A stretch of DNA of 64,000 nt from Nitrospirota bacterium (GCA_963790025.1 CAWBMP010000004.1:928001-992000), one strand, 5' to 3'. Shown: positions 1 to 10,286, counted from the stretch's first letter. Made by a program: numbers and translations. The notes: generated by a model not told the origin, from the letters alone.

Positions 1-992
1 CTATGCCTGCGATAGCCATGCTTTCTTTCCTGCTGGCCCGGTTGACCCGGCTGGCCTGGTTGACCCAGCTGGCCCGGTTGACCCTGCTGGCCCGGCTGAC
101 CCTGCTGGCCTGGTTGACCCTGCTGGCCCGGCTGACCCTGCTGGCTTGGCTGACCCTGCTGCCTGACGGCCGCATTCCTGTCACCTGAGTGTTGGCCCCA
201 GTGCTTCCTTTCCCTGCGCTGCTGCGAGGGCCTCTCACTGGAAGTCGTCTTTGGGGACTCTTCAGCTTTCGGGGCGATCGTCGATATTTTATCTTCAATA
301 ATAGCAATGGGAACATCTTCTACGCCGATGGGAATTTCATCATCAGAGGCAATAGTTTTCAGGTCACCTTCATATTCGTATCTCAAACAACACATAAGCC
401 TGCTGCACAACCCGGAAAGCTTGCCGACATTCAGCACCAACTCCTGCCGCTTGGCCATTTTTATTGATACGGGGTCGAAAGAGGACAGGAAAGTGTTGCA
501 GCATAATTCCCGTCCGCAAATCCCCACCCCTCCAACAAGCTTAGCCTCGTCCCTGACTCCGATCTGCCTCATTTCTATCCGGGTCTTGAATTTGGCGGCA
601 AGGTCCTTTACAAGTTCTCTGAAATCTATTCTGCCATCAGCAGTAAAATAAAAAATAATCCTTTTTCTGTCGAGGGTTGATTCGGCGCCGACAAGCTTCA
701 TGGGTAGCCCCCTAGCCATGACCCTTTCAGCGCAGAAGGCGCGAGCTTCTTTCTCAAGCCTCTCGTTTTCCTCCCTGGCCCTGAAATCCTCCTCGCTTGC
801 CGGTCTAAGAATTTTTTTCAGTTCCCTTTCCGGAGCGTTGACAGAACGCTTTCCTCTAACCACTGTCCCTATGCTGAGACCGAAATCGGATTCAACAATC
901 ACCGAATCTCCCTCTTTCACCTCTGATCCATCGATCTCGAAATCGTAAACTTTCCCGCAACGTTTGAATTTTATCCCAACCACTTCAGGCAT
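1..992 (-). CDS. PSP1-domain / RicT (YaaT)-family protein, 3' end runs off the window
   Basis: Own translation from ATG at 992: [18 protein letters not shown]...[19 protein letters not shown]...[24 protein letters not shown]...[16 protein letters not shown]; typical position after holB; absent from ORF track because no stop in window. Confidence 0.9.
   Translation of the reverse strand, partial: MPEVVGIKFKRCGKVYDFEIDGSEVKEGDSVIVESDFGLSIGTVVRGKRSVNAPERELKKILRPASEEDFRAREENERLEKEARAFCAERVMARGLPMKLVGAESTLDRKRIIFYFTADGRIDFRELVKDLAAKFKTRIEMRQIGVRDEAKLVGGVGICGRELCCNTFLSSFDPVSIKMAKRQELVLNVGKLSGLCSRLMCCLRYEYEGDLKTIASDDEIPIGVEDVPIAIIEDKISTIAPKAEESPKTTSSERPSQQRRERKHWGQHSGDRNAAVRQQGQPSQQGQPGQQGQPGQQGQPGQQGQPGQLGQPGQPGQPGQQERKHGYRRH
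30..162. repeat. 9/18-bp tandem repeat encoding (GQQ-GQP)n in the PSP1 C-terminal tail
   Basis: Repeated units such as tgaccctgctggcccggc; minus-strand translation [20 protein letters not shown]... Confidence 0.9.
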
Positions 993-1938
993 CCCTGTGT
1001 CCTCCGCATCCCCTAATTAAGGCTGATACATAATTCCATGTTATTGACTTGTTGAGATTAAAATCAAGCAGACCTCTCAGCTTATGGAGAGACTGATAAG
1101 TATCAAAAATTATCTTAACATCTGTTTTTCTGCTGAAATTTATACTTTCTTTTCCGTAGAGCAGGTCCGACTCGTTTCCGGTTGTTTTATATATAACTAA
1201 ATCTCTCAAAAAAATAAACGCCATGTCAAGCCAGGTCCGTATCGCCTCTTTATCAGCCCACGCCTCTTTTGACTCCTTATGTACCATGCTCCCGAGCAGG
1301 CCTCTGAACCACTCCAGATCTTTCACAAAATCGCGGGACAATGCAAGGCCGGGCCTGCCCATTGACAATTTGCTTACAAAACCTATTCGCTCTTGTCCCA
1401 CCGAGTGAGAAACCGTCTTTCTGAATGCTTCCCCAGGCAGGGGATAGAACCGTATCGCTATGCAGCGGGACCGTATAGTATCAGGCAGGCTGTCCGGATT
1501 CGACGATACAAGTATGATAAGACTATCCTGCGGGGGCTCTTCAAGTGTCTTTAAAAAGGCATTTACCGCATTTATGTTCATCGTATCTGCATCATCGATG
1601 ATGGCAATCTTCTTGCCGGCCTCAAGCGGCTTTAGGAAAAGCGTTTCCTCCAGCTTTCTGATCGCGTCAATTTTGATTTCGTCCTTTTCGGGAAAGGTGA
1701 ACGTAATGTCAGGGTGCGTTCCGGCATCGATCTTTTTGCATGAGCTGCAGATATCACAGCAATCAAAAGCAGCCGGCTTCAGACAGTTGACTGCCTTTGC
1801 AAAACCGACGGCAGCCAGCCTCTTGCCGATACCCGTGTCGCCGGAGAACAGCATAGCTGAAGGGACCCTGTCCCTCTTCAGCATGCCGAACAAAATTCTC
1901 AACGCTCTTTCCTGACCCGCTATATCGTTAAGTGCCAT
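985..1938 (-). CDS. holB: DNA polymerase III delta' subunit
   Basis: LFSGDTGIGK, zinc Cys cluster, THPD, NAFLKTLEEP, TIRSRC motifs; tmk-holB-PSP1 order. Confidence 0.93.
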   Translation of the reverse strand: MALNDIAGQERALRILFGMLKRDRVPSAMLFSGDTGIGKRLAAVGFAKAVNCLKPAAFDCCDICSSCKKIDAGTHPDITFTFPEKDEIKIDAIRKLEETLFLKPLEAGKKIAIIDDADTMNINAVNAFLKTLEEPPQDSLIILVSSNPDSLPDTIRSRCIAIRFYPLPGEAFRKTVSHSVGQERIGFVSKLSMGRPGLALSRDFVKDLEWFRGLLGSMVHKESKEAWADKEAIRTWLDMAFIFLRDLVIYKTTGNESDLLYGKESINFSRKTDVKIIFDTYQSLHKLRGLLDFNLNKSITWNYVSALIRGCGGHRDA

Positions 1939-1952
1939 AAAATAAACCCTGG

Positions 1953-2585
1953 CTAAAGGCCCTTCTCCTTCAGCCTGTTATTGACGATTTCCCATACCTT
2001 TGCATGGACCTCATCTGGGGGCAACGAGGCATCCACTATGCTGACTCTACCCGGATCCGCCTTTGCAATCTCAAGATACCCCTCACGGACCCTCCGGTGA
2101 AATATGATATCTTCCAGTTCGAGTCTGTCCGTTTTATTTGCGCCCCTGTTTCTCTCGAGCCCTGCCTCAACATCAAGATCAAGAAGGACTGTAAGGTCCG
2201 GCAGCAGCCCGCCGGTCGCCAAGCGGTCGAGAGACATGATGAGAGCCCTGTCCAGACCCCGCCCGCAGCACTGATAAGCTACTGTCGAGTCGCTGAACCG
2301 GTCGGTAATGATTATTCTACCTTCATTAATTGCCGGCAATATCTTTTCCGCCAGATGCTGTGCCCGGGCGGCATTATAGAGCAGAAGCTCTGTAACTGCG
2401 GACATCTCCTGGTGTTCTGGAAGAAGGAGTATCTCCCTTATCTTGCTGCCGATAACGGTCCCCCCCGGCTCAAAAGTCAGGAACACCTCATGTCCCTCAC
2501 CTGAAAGCCGTTCGGAAAGAAGCCTCGCCTGGGTAGTTTTCCCCGTTCCGTCTATTCCCTCAAAGGAGAGGAAGAAACCGTTCAT
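1953..2585 (-). CDS. tmk: Thymidylate kinase
   Basis: FEGIDGTGKTTQ P-loop, EPGGT, TDRFSDSTVAYQ. Confidence 0.95.
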   Translation of the reverse strand: MNGFFLSFEGIDGTGKTTQARLLSERLSGEGHEVFLTFEPGGTVIGSKIREILLLPEHQEMSAVTELLLYNAARAQHLAEKILPAINEGRIIITDRFSDSTVAYQCCGRGLDRALIMSLDRLATGGLLPDLTVLLDLDVEAGLERNRGANKTDRLELEDIIFHRRVREGYLEIAKADPGRVSIVDASLPPDEVHAKVWEIVNNRLKEKGL

Positions 2586-3595
2586 CCCAATGCTTCTTTA
2601 AGCCGCATAAGCAGTTGACATATCTTCGTGGTTTCCTCAATGCTCCTTAAAGCTGTGCCGCACGAGGGGGTAATAAGAATATTCTCCTGCACCAGTCCTG
2701 CAGGCAGGTGCTTGTAAAGTTCCTCAAAATGAGCACGCATTAATTCCATCAATTGCACGTCGTCCACTGTTTCAATGACATGCGAGGTCGGCACAATCCC
2801 CCACGCAAGATAGCCCCCGCCGCTCAAGAACTCCTTCAGGTCTTTGTGGTAGATTGCGAGTGTATCAAAATAATCAAATGCGTCAAAATTGATAATTTGT
2901 GCACCGGTCTCCATAACTATTGGCCAGTCAGCCCTTCCACAGCAATGGACGCCCGATATGCCGCCCGCATCTCTGACAGCTGACACCATATCCTTTAGCA
3001 ATCTGAACGCCTCGTCAGTATCCACGCCGATGTAGGATGAACCGCCCAAAGCCGAAAGTATCGGCTCATCGATAAAAATAATGACCTCTTCAGCGTGCTG
3101 TTTCAACGCGTCTATTTGCCATCGCATCTTTGCCTTCAGGAGCATCGCGGCTATTTCACGCAACTCCTCATCAAAGAAAATAAGTTTGCCGTCCTCGTCC
3201 TTGAGACCGAGAGTAAACGTGACAGGTCCGGTAACATGCCCCTTAAGAACCTTGAACCTCCTGCCCTTTACCTTCTTCAGGAATGCATGGAGACCGGCTG
3301 CATAATCTTCAGAAATAGAAATCCTGGAGGAGTCGGTACAGGACTCGTAAAACCGCTCAAGTTCGTCGCTTTCATCTCTCCTGACCCATGTTTTCCCTTC
3401 ACGCTCTTCAAATTTCATATAAGGCATGCCTTCTGTATACTGGGCGATCATCGACTCTCTGAAAGATTTATTGGGCAACTGCGGCCAGAAGGGGATATCG
3501 AAAGTCCTGAGCACAAGCTCGCAGGCGTCCCCGGCATTTCTATGGGGAAGACTGCCAATACCTGTTGTAGAAAAAGGTTTGATACGAAAAGACAT
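2582..3595 (-). CDS. Core (single-barrel) methionine synthase-like protein, MesB-like
   Basis: TTGIGSLPH, IPFWPQLP, GPVT, IDEP, GVHCC, WGIVP and TPSCG motifs of the MetE C-terminal/UROD fold. Confidence 0.65.
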   Translation of the reverse strand: MSFRIKPFSTTGIGSLPHRNAGDACELVLRTFDIPFWPQLPNKSFRESMIAQYTEGMPYMKFEEREGKTWVRRDESDELERFYESCTDSSRISISEDYAAGLHAFLKKVKGRRFKVLKGHVTGPVTFTLGLKDEDGKLIFFDEELREIAAMLLKAKMRWQIDALKQHAEEVIIFIDEPILSALGGSSYIGVDTDEAFRLLKDMVSAVRDAGGISGVHCCGRADWPIVMETGAQIINFDAFDYFDTLAIYHKDLKEFLSGGGYLAWGIVPTSHVIETVDDVQLMELMRAHFEELYKHLPAGLVQENILITPSCGTALRSIEETTKICQLLMRLKEALG

Positions 3596-3639
3596 ATCGT
3601 ATTATAGCAAATGGCAAAACGAAAAATGTAAAATAAGGA

Positions 3640-4401
3640 GTGTTGAAAAACTCCGGCTTTGTTCATTGTTTTCTTTTCGCCATTATGATATTCATGTTTT
3701 CCGGCACGGCCTTCGCGCTTTCAGACGAGAAAGTGGCGGGACTTCAAAATACCCTGAAAGGCAGACCGACCGGTGAGCGGATCGCTCTTTTTGCGGAACA
3801 ATTTGTGGGTACTCCCTATGACCCCGACCCCCTCGGGAGGTATGTCACACAATCTGTGATTGTGGCGGACGAAAAAGTCGACTGTATGTATTTGGTCTTC
3901 AGGGTGGTTGAACTTGCCTTAAGCTCGACACCGGAGGAGGCGGTCAATACAGCATTGGAGAGACGCTTCCGCTCAAAAGGGATTGTAAGCAACGGTAAGG
4001 TAATCAATTATGAAGACCGGTTCGCTTATGGTGAAGACATGGTCTCCAGCGGCAAATGGGGGAAAGAGATAACGGCGGAAATCGGCAAGACGGTGTCGAT
4101 ACAGGGACGAATTTCAGGGGAGAGTATCGATATGCTCCCACCGTATGAATTGCTCAAACATACAGAAAAGCTCAAGAGCGGCGATCTCCTGTTTTTCATA
4201 AAACCTCCCTATAAAATGGCCTCGGACGAAATCGTGGGACATTTAGGTATTATTGAAAGGGCCCAATCCATGGGCGGGGACATCTACCTGATTCACGCGA
4301 GTGGCAGGAAAGGCAAAGGCGGTATAGTAAAGAAAACAGTATTGAGAGATTATATAAAAACTATGCCATTTATAGGAGCCAAAATCACGCGGTTCCCTTA
4401 G
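3640..4401 (+). CDS. DUF1460 / NlpC-P60-like exported amidase
   Basis: Signal peptide, FVGTPY, VDCM, HLGI and IHAS motifs. Confidence 0.7.
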   Translation: MLKNSGFVHCFLFAIMIFMFSGTAFALSDEKVAGLQNTLKGRPTGERIALFAEQFVGTPYDPDPLGRYVTQSVIVADEKVDCMYLVFRVVELALSSTPEEAVNTALERRFRSKGIVSNGKVINYEDRFAYGEDMVSSGKWGKEITAEIGKTVSIQGRISGESIDMLPPYELLKHTEKLKSGDLLFFIKPPYKMASDEIVGHLGIIERAQSMGGDIYLIHASGRKGKGGIVKKTVLRDYIKTMPFIGAKITRFP

Positions 4402-4451
4402 GCCCTAAAGGCCTTCTGCAATACTATATTATCTTTCAAGGAAAGCACCTT

Positions 4452-4544
4452 TTATCTTCTCCTTGATGCCTTTGTTTGTTTTAGAAGTTTTTTATGTTTA
4501 TGCTTGCGCATCTTCTTCTTGCGCCATTTTACAACGTTACCCAC
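4452..4544 (-). CDS. Small basic protein, AURKAIP1/COX24 (bS22-like ribosomal protein), 30 aa
   Basis: Own translation MGNVVKWRKKKMRKHKHKKLLKQTKASRRR*; GTG start with GGAGGT RBS at 4551-4556; below ORF-track size cutoff. Confidence 0.85.
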   Translation of the reverse strand: MGNVVKWRKKKMRKHKHKKLLKQTKASRRR

Positions 4545-4651
4545 ACACTCACCTCCTTCTTATCAAGAAAAAAGTACAAAGTGAGAAGTAAAAAGTTAAA
4601 GGAATAAAAGAAAACGTAATCTATTTGCCCTTACTTTTTACTTTTAACTTT

Positions 4652-7600
4652 TTACTTCTTGCCTGTCTTTTCCGTTATCGTCTGCATAAATGCCTCAACC
4701 TGAAGTACTAAAGCATGCGACTCAGTGCCGTCATAAGGAATGCTGATACTCGCAATGCCGGATTTTCTGCTTACGGCTTTTAATAATGAAGTAACTATGG
4801 TCCCAGGCATACAACCAAACGGCATCGCATTAATAATGCCTTCTGCGCCTTTTGCAGCCAGGTTGATTACCTTTCCAATGCTTAATACCGTTTCCCCCTC
4901 GAATGAATCAGAAACGAAGGGTGATGCATTGTCCAATATCTCACTCGTCACCGGTTCCTCAAGCGTCTTCAAAAACCCCCTGAAGCAGCGGCCATATCTG
5001 TGTTCTATTCGCTTCTGGAGAAACCTTTTCAGAGAGATATTCATCATATCAGACCAGCGCCTTTTAATCAAGGCCTTTCTAAACGTCATAGCATTGACAT
5101 AATATATCCATTCTTCGACCGGGGCCAGCCATACTTCTCCGCCGAGGGACTCGATCTTACGTACCAGGTCCTCGTTGGAGAACTTATGCGTTCTGACGAA
5201 AATCTCACCTACAACACCGATGAGAGGACGCTGCTCTCTGCGGCGCGGGACCGATCTGAAATCAGCGCGCATGGCCCTTAAGAGGTGTTCCATGTCCCCG
5301 TTGCCGTTCTGACCCAGGGCCCGGTATATCTTGTCCCGATACCCCTCGTAAAGCTGCCCGGCGTCCCCAGCTTCACGCTCATAGGGCCTTGTCTCATGCA
5401 AACACTTGATCAGCAACTCATAAGCGACAATCCCTTTCCACGCCGTCATCGAAAAATCGCGTCCGGCCATACTGAGTTCACGGTAAAACGTCACATCCTG
5501 TGAAGGTGCAAATATGGGCACATCGTCGAATCCCAGTTTTTCGAGCAAAAGTTTATGTGAGATGTTGTATTGTCCGAACCTGCAGGGACCGGTCCCCGAA
5601 GGCATAAAAAAAGCCGACTTCCCGGGTTCGAAATCAGGGGAGAATACCTTCCTGAGCATATCTCCGGTCGTAACCAGGTAAGGATAACATTCCTTTCCCG
5701 ATACATACTTCCTGCCCACGTCTATAGTTGTTTTATCCGATTCCGGCAAAACCTCGGCCGGTATGCCGCACCGTTCAAATGCAGCTTTTATTGCAAAGGA
5801 GTGATCAGACATCTTCGGTATATAAACAGTTCGTTTCCTAGAAAAGATGGCGGCAGGCCGCAGGCCGCGGGCACGTTCCTTTTTGCTTGCTCCGAACTGC
5901 CTGCTATTCTGCTGTTGTATGCTGTCCAAAAAGGCCTCGCACCGGGTTATCGCTCCGGCGTCCGCACTGTGCTCGTCTATCTCTATGTGCAGGAATGGCT
6001 TGCCGGCCATTTCCTCCTTAAAATATTTGAGTATATACGAATCAGGACCGCAGGAAAAGTTTCCGATATAAATAGCGTAAAGATTAGGGGTATTTCTGAT
6101 AATACGGGCCGCCTTCAGTATTCTTTGTCCCGATCTCCAGTACATGTCCGGCCATGCATCCCGCATATCGACCTCTTCGAGCGGCAACATATCCATAGGG
6201 ATGGACATAGTGTCGATAGCAGCGAGTTTCCCCGGGATCCCCAAATTGACCTCGGGATCAAACGCATTATAAGCACGTCCTATTATCACTACTATTGGCT
6301 GGGTCCCTGAAGCATACTGTGCCAATAGTTCTTTGCCTTTCTGTCCTATTGCAGCTGAAAACGCTGCCTGCGACGTCGTGCCATGGCGGATAGCCCGGTC
6401 GATGTCCTTTTTTCCGACACCAAACTGCTTAAGGCACCTGAGTAGTTCTCTCTTCAGGTGCTCCATGCCCCTGCTGAAATCCACAATGGGCGTGATAGGC
6501 CGTATGCCCCTGATAGCAGCTTTAGATACATACGGAATGGTCTGAGTATGAGGACATGCTACCCCGTTAGGGTAGTCCTGTTCACTTTGATTAACGTCAA
6601 TGAAGCTTGGGATGAAGAGAGCATCAATCCCTGCATCGACCAGAAATTTAATATGCCCGTGTGCTACCTTTACAGGAAAACAGGCCTCGGAAAGAACATT
6701 CTCAACGCCCAGATGTATGATTTCCTTATTAGTCTTCGGGGATACGATCACCTCAAAACCGAGTTCCCGCAGAAAAGCCGACCAAAAGGGCAGATAATCA
6801 TGAAAAAAGAAAATATAGGGGATCCCTATTTTAACAAGGGCACGTTGACCGGAAGGCAGGAAATGATCGCGCCATAGCATCTCCTGCCTGAAAGCAAAAA
6901 GGTCCGGCAATGTCAGGTTCCTGGACCGCCTTACATCATAGCGTTCGCACCTGCCTCCAAAAAAAAGATGCCCATCTTCACCTTGTATTTTCACCTTGTT
7001 TATCTCACATACATTGGAACACCCTTTGCATTCAAACGAAGCAATATCATACGTAAGCTCCGACAGTGAAAAACCTTTGAATTTGGTCTTCCGTTCAGCC
7101 ACAGGCATCTGTTTAATGTGTCTCATTGCAATAAGGGCCATACCGATGGCACCGGTAACGTCATGATTGGGGGGTACTGTAATACCGGTGCCGAGGTAGT
7201 TCTCAAAAGCAGCTACCACAGCACTGTTGAAGGCCACTCCACCCTGAAAGAAAATATTCTTGCCGATAGGTTTTCCTGCAATGACCCTGTTCACGTAATT
7301 CTGCACAATTGAGTAAGAAAGGCCTGCCAGGAGATCGTCTTTTGCGGCCCCTTTCTGCAGGTTAGCCATGAGCGAATTTTCCATAAAAACTGTGCACCGT
7401 TCGCCAAGCCTGCAAGGCCGTCTCGAACGGAATGCGAGCGCCGCAAATTCATCCTTTACCGGAATGCCCAGTTTTTCAGCCTGTTCCTCCAAAAATGAGC
7501 CTGTTCCCGCCGCACACGCCTTGTTCATTTCAAAGTCAACGATAATGCCATCTATTATCGAAATATATTTAGAGTCCTGCCCGCCGATCTCAAAGATTGT

Positions 7601-8842
7601 ATCAACGGCGGGATTAATAAAAATCGCGGCTGTCGCCTGTGCCGTGATCTCGTTCTTCACAATATCGGCGCCCACGAAATCAGCGATCATGTATCGCCCT
7701 GAGCCGGTAGTGCCCACGCCAAGGATTTTAATGCTGTCCCCCACTTCCGCATAAAGCTCTCTGAGACCCTGTCTGACTGCATCAATAGGCCTTCCGGCAG
7801 TCATAAGATACCGCTTGGCAATAAGAACACCATGCTCGTCGACCAGTGCAAGGTTCGTGCTTATCGAGCCTATGTCGATACCCAAATATGCAGAACGCGG
7901 ATGGCAAAAAAATGTTTGAGGTTTGAGGTTGGAGGTTGGAGACTCAGACCTCAAACCTCCAACCTCAAACCTCCTTCCTCCCTCCTCCTTCAAACAGAGT
8001 GGTTCATGACCCTGATCATCGAACCTGGCTGATGCGAGGAAAGATTCGAGGCCATCGGGATCGTAATCGTTGACAGTGCCCTCATCCATGTCCTTGAGCG
8101 CGGCGCCGAGGGCTCCCATAAAGACAAAGTCACCTGGGACGAATAGTTCCTCGAGCCCAAAAACCTCTTTATAGGCCCGGACCATGCCCTCATTTGCCGC
8201 TACGCCGCCCTGGAATGAAACAGGCATTTTAAGTTCCCGGCCTTTCACTATACTGCTCTTGAAATTCCGGGCCACAGCAAAACATAAACCCGCTACAATG
8301 TCCTCCATCGGCGTCGCAATTTGCTGAAGATGTATCATGTCCGATTTTGCAAAAACACTGCATCGTCCCGCTATTTTTGAGGGTCTTGCCGATAGCACCG
8401 CCATTTCGCTGAATTCCTCTATATTCAATCTCAAACGTTCGGCCTGCTGTTCGAGGAACGAGCCCGTCCCTGCCGCACAGACAGAGTTCATGGAAAAATC
8501 CCTGATATGTCCGCCCTCCAGCAAAATAAGCTTCGAGTCCTCCCCGCCCATCTCTATAATGGTATTGATGTGGGGGAATAATTTCCTGACAGAATATGCT
8601 TGCGAGACTATCTCGTTGAGGTGCTTTATTTTTAACACGGAAGCGATCACCTTGGCCGATGAACCGGTAAGGGAAAGTCCGCTTCGGGGATACAGTTTTT
8701 TTGCCTCTCTCAAGAGGGTCAAAGCAGTGCTCAAGACATGGCCGTAATGCTTTATATACAGTCCACTGAGCTTATTGCCGTGCGCATCGAGGACGACGAG
8801 TTTAACAGTGACAGATCCCGCATCAAGACCGATGAAATACAT
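4652..8842 (-). CDS. 2-hydroxyacyl-CoA dehydratase activase-like multidomain protein (two BadF/BcrAD ATPase domains plus DUF2229)
   Basis: Two G(L/I)DxGS and two CAAGTGSFLE motifs, CFPVK, NFSCGPD, MPFGCMPG. Confidence 0.85.
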   Translation of the reverse strand: MYFIGLDAGSVTVKLVVLDAHGNKLSGLYIKHYGHVLSTALTLLREAKKLYPRSGLSLTGSSAKVIASVLKIKHLNEIVSQAYSVRKLFPHINTIIEMGGEDSKLILLEGGHIRDFSMNSVCAAGTGSFLEQQAERLRLNIEEFSEMAVLSARPSKIAGRCSVFAKSDMIHLQQIATPMEDIVAGLCFAVARNFKSSIVKGRELKMPVSFQGGVAANEGMVRAYKEVFGLEELFVPGDFVFMGALGAALKDMDEGTVNDYDPDGLESFLASARFDDQGHEPLCLKEEGGRRFEVGGLRSESPTSNLKPQTFFCHPRSAYLGIDIGSISTNLALVDEHGVLIAKRYLMTAGRPIDAVRQGLRELYAEVGDSIKILGVGTTGSGRYMIADFVGADIVKNEITAQATAAIFINPAVDTIFEIGGQDSKYISIIDGIIVDFEMNKACAAGTGSFLEEQAEKLGIPVKDEFAALAFRSRRPCRLGERCTVFMENSLMANLQKGAAKDDLLAGLSYSIVQNYVNRVIAGKPIGKNIFFQGGVAFNSAVVAAFENYLGTGITVPPNHDVTGAIGMALIAMRHIKQMPVAERKTKFKGFSLSELTYDIASFECKGCSNVCEINKVKIQGEDGHLFFGGRCERYDVRRSRNLTLPDLFAFRQEMLWRDHFLPSGQRALVKIGIPYIFFFHDYLPFWSAFLRELGFEVIVSPKTNKEIIHLGVENVLSEACFPVKVAHGHIKFLVDAGIDALFIPSFIDVNQSEQDYPNGVACPHTQTIPYVSKAAIRGIRPITPIVDFSRGMEHLKRELLRCLKQFGVGKKDIDRAIRHGTTSQAAFSAAIGQKGKELLAQYASGTQPIVVIIGRAYNAFDPEVNLGIPGKLAAIDTMSIPMDMLPLEEVDMRDAWPDMYWRSGQRILKAARIIRNTPNLYAIYIGNFSCGPDSYILKYFKEEMAGKPFLHIEIDEHSADAGAITRCEAFLDSIQQQNSRQFGASKKERARGLRPAAIFSRKRTVYIPKMSDHSFAIKAAFERCGIPAEVLPESDKTTIDVGRKYVSGKECYPYLVTTGDMLRKVFSPDFEPGKSAFFMPSGTGPCRFGQYNISHKLLLEKLGFDDVPIFAPSQDVTFYRELSMAGRDFSMTAWKGIVAYELLIKCLHETRPYEREAGDAGQLYEGYRDKIYRALGQNGNGDMEHLLRAMRADFRSVPRRREQRPLIGVVGEIFVRTHKFSNEDLVRKIESLGGEVWLAPVEEWIYYVNAMTFRKALIKRRWSDMMNISLKRFLQKRIEHRYGRCFRGFLKTLEEPVTSEILDNASPFVSDSFEGETVLSIGKVINLAAKGAEGIINAMPFGCMPGTIVTSLLKAVSRKSGIASISIPYDGTESHALVLQVEAFMQTITEKTGKK
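7914..7973. repeat. Heptamer-periodic inverted repeat inside the activase CDS
   Basis: gaggtttgaggttggaggttggag ... ctcaaacctccaacctcaaacctc (23/24 complementary). Confidence 0.85.
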
Positions 8843-8939
8843 AGTTCTCCTACGGCACCTGGAAATAACTGAAAGGTTTCTACAAGATGCTTACTTAATT
8901 AAATATACCACACTATACTGCGACATGCACTCATCGCGG

Positions 8940-10235
8940 TCATATTTTTTTCCTTGCGGCGGCAATAAGCCTGACGATATCTGCAAACTTTCTTTTTGTC
9001 GCCACGCTCAACGCGGTCTCGCCGCTGTCATCCTCCGCATCAGGGGTAACTCCCTCCTTGCGGAGCAGCATTTTAACAATGTCCGTGTATCCTTTATCTG
9101 CGGCAATAATCAGGGGAGTCCTGCCGTTTTCGTCAGCAACATTTGTATCGGCCTTCTTACTCAAAAGGAGTTTGACAATATCGATGTTATTCCCTTCAAC
9201 GGCAACGGTCAGGGGCGTCCTGTCGATAATGTCGGTATCATTGACGGGCGCCCCTTTCTTTATCAACAGAGTTGCAACTTCCGTATTGCCCTTGACGACG
9301 GCCAGCAGAAGCGGAGTCACCCCGTCATCGTCCCCGGCCTCCAGATGTACACCCTTGCGGAGCAGCTTCTTCACCACATCGGTATTGCCTTTATCAATTG
9401 CCAGAAGAAGCACGGTAGTGCCGTTATCATCGGCAGCATTGATGTCTGCCCCCTTATCAATCAAAAAACCGGCCAGATCGGTGCCGATATCTTCGGCAGC
9501 GCTGCTATACATCAAGGACCCAGCCATTTTATTCTGGCCGCCTGCCTCTGCCGTCATAAGGACCGTTACGCCATTGTTATCCGCACTGTTCACTGAAGCT
9601 CCACGACTGATCATCGTCTTTGCCAGTTCTGCGTAACCATAACTGACAGCAACAGTAAGAGCTGTCCTCCCCATCTTGTCCTTTATATCCAGAGCGGCGC
9701 CCTTTTCAATGAGCAGCCGGGCTACAGCCAGGCGTAACTTTACTTCAGTGTCAGCCCTATCTTTATCCGCTATATGCCTGCGATCGGGTTGTTTTACAGG
9801 AATATCAAGTACTCGTACCAGAACAGTTCTATCAGCATTGTCAAGGGCGTTTATATACGCTCCTCTGTCGAGCAGTATACTTATACTCTCAATATTTCCC
9901 TTGTCCGCCGCAAGCATCAGCGCCGTGTTGCCGTTCTTATCAATATCGTTGATCCCGGCGCCCCGCTCCAACAATAATTTTAGTGCCTCTGTGCGATTAA
10001 ATGAGGCCGCAACCATCATGGGGCTCATGCCATTTAGGCACATCTTAAGATCAAGATCGGCACCCTTGTCCAAAAGACTTTTCAACTGTGATACATTTCC
10101 ATTAAGTGCCTCATCGCAAATCCTCGGATTGATGACAGTGCCGGCAACACAAGGCAAAAGGTTAAAGGCTAAAAACAAAAGGTTAAAAAAGATACAACTA
10201 ATAGAAAAAAAGACCCTATGTTTTATTCTGGTCAC
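8940..10235 (-). CDS. Exported ankyrin-repeat protein
   Basis: Multiple GxTPL/TAL..AA..G..D(I/V)V.LL..GADIN repeats; hydrophobic N-terminus. Confidence 0.9.
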   Translation of the reverse strand: MTRIKHRVFFSISCIFFNLLFLAFNLLPCVAGTVINPRICDEALNGNVSQLKSLLDKGADLDLKMCLNGMSPMMVAASFNRTEALKLLLERGAGINDIDKNGNTALMLAADKGNIESISILLDRGAYINALDNADRTVLVRVLDIPVKQPDRRHIADKDRADTEVKLRLAVARLLIEKGAALDIKDKMGRTALTVAVSYGYAELAKTMISRGASVNSADNNGVTVLMTAEAGGQNKMAGSLMYSSAAEDIGTDLAGFLIDKGADINAADDNGTTVLLLAIDKGNTDVVKKLLRKGVHLEAGDDDGVTPLLLAVVKGNTEVATLLIKKGAPVNDTDIIDRTPLTVAVEGNNIDIVKLLLSKKADTNVADENGRTPLIIAADKGYTDIVKMLLRKEGVTPDAEDDSGETALSVATKRKFADIVRLIAAARKKI

Positions 10236-10286
10236 GGTAACTAGCTTTTAACCTTCTGTCTCGTAGAGCGGCAACGTAAAGGCGAA

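Noticed and set aside
3..948. Plus-strand ORFs 3..188, 189..467, 307..651, 700..948
   Set aside because: Antisense shadows of the minus-strand PSP1 gene; the LARLTL periodicity just mirrors the 9-bp repeat
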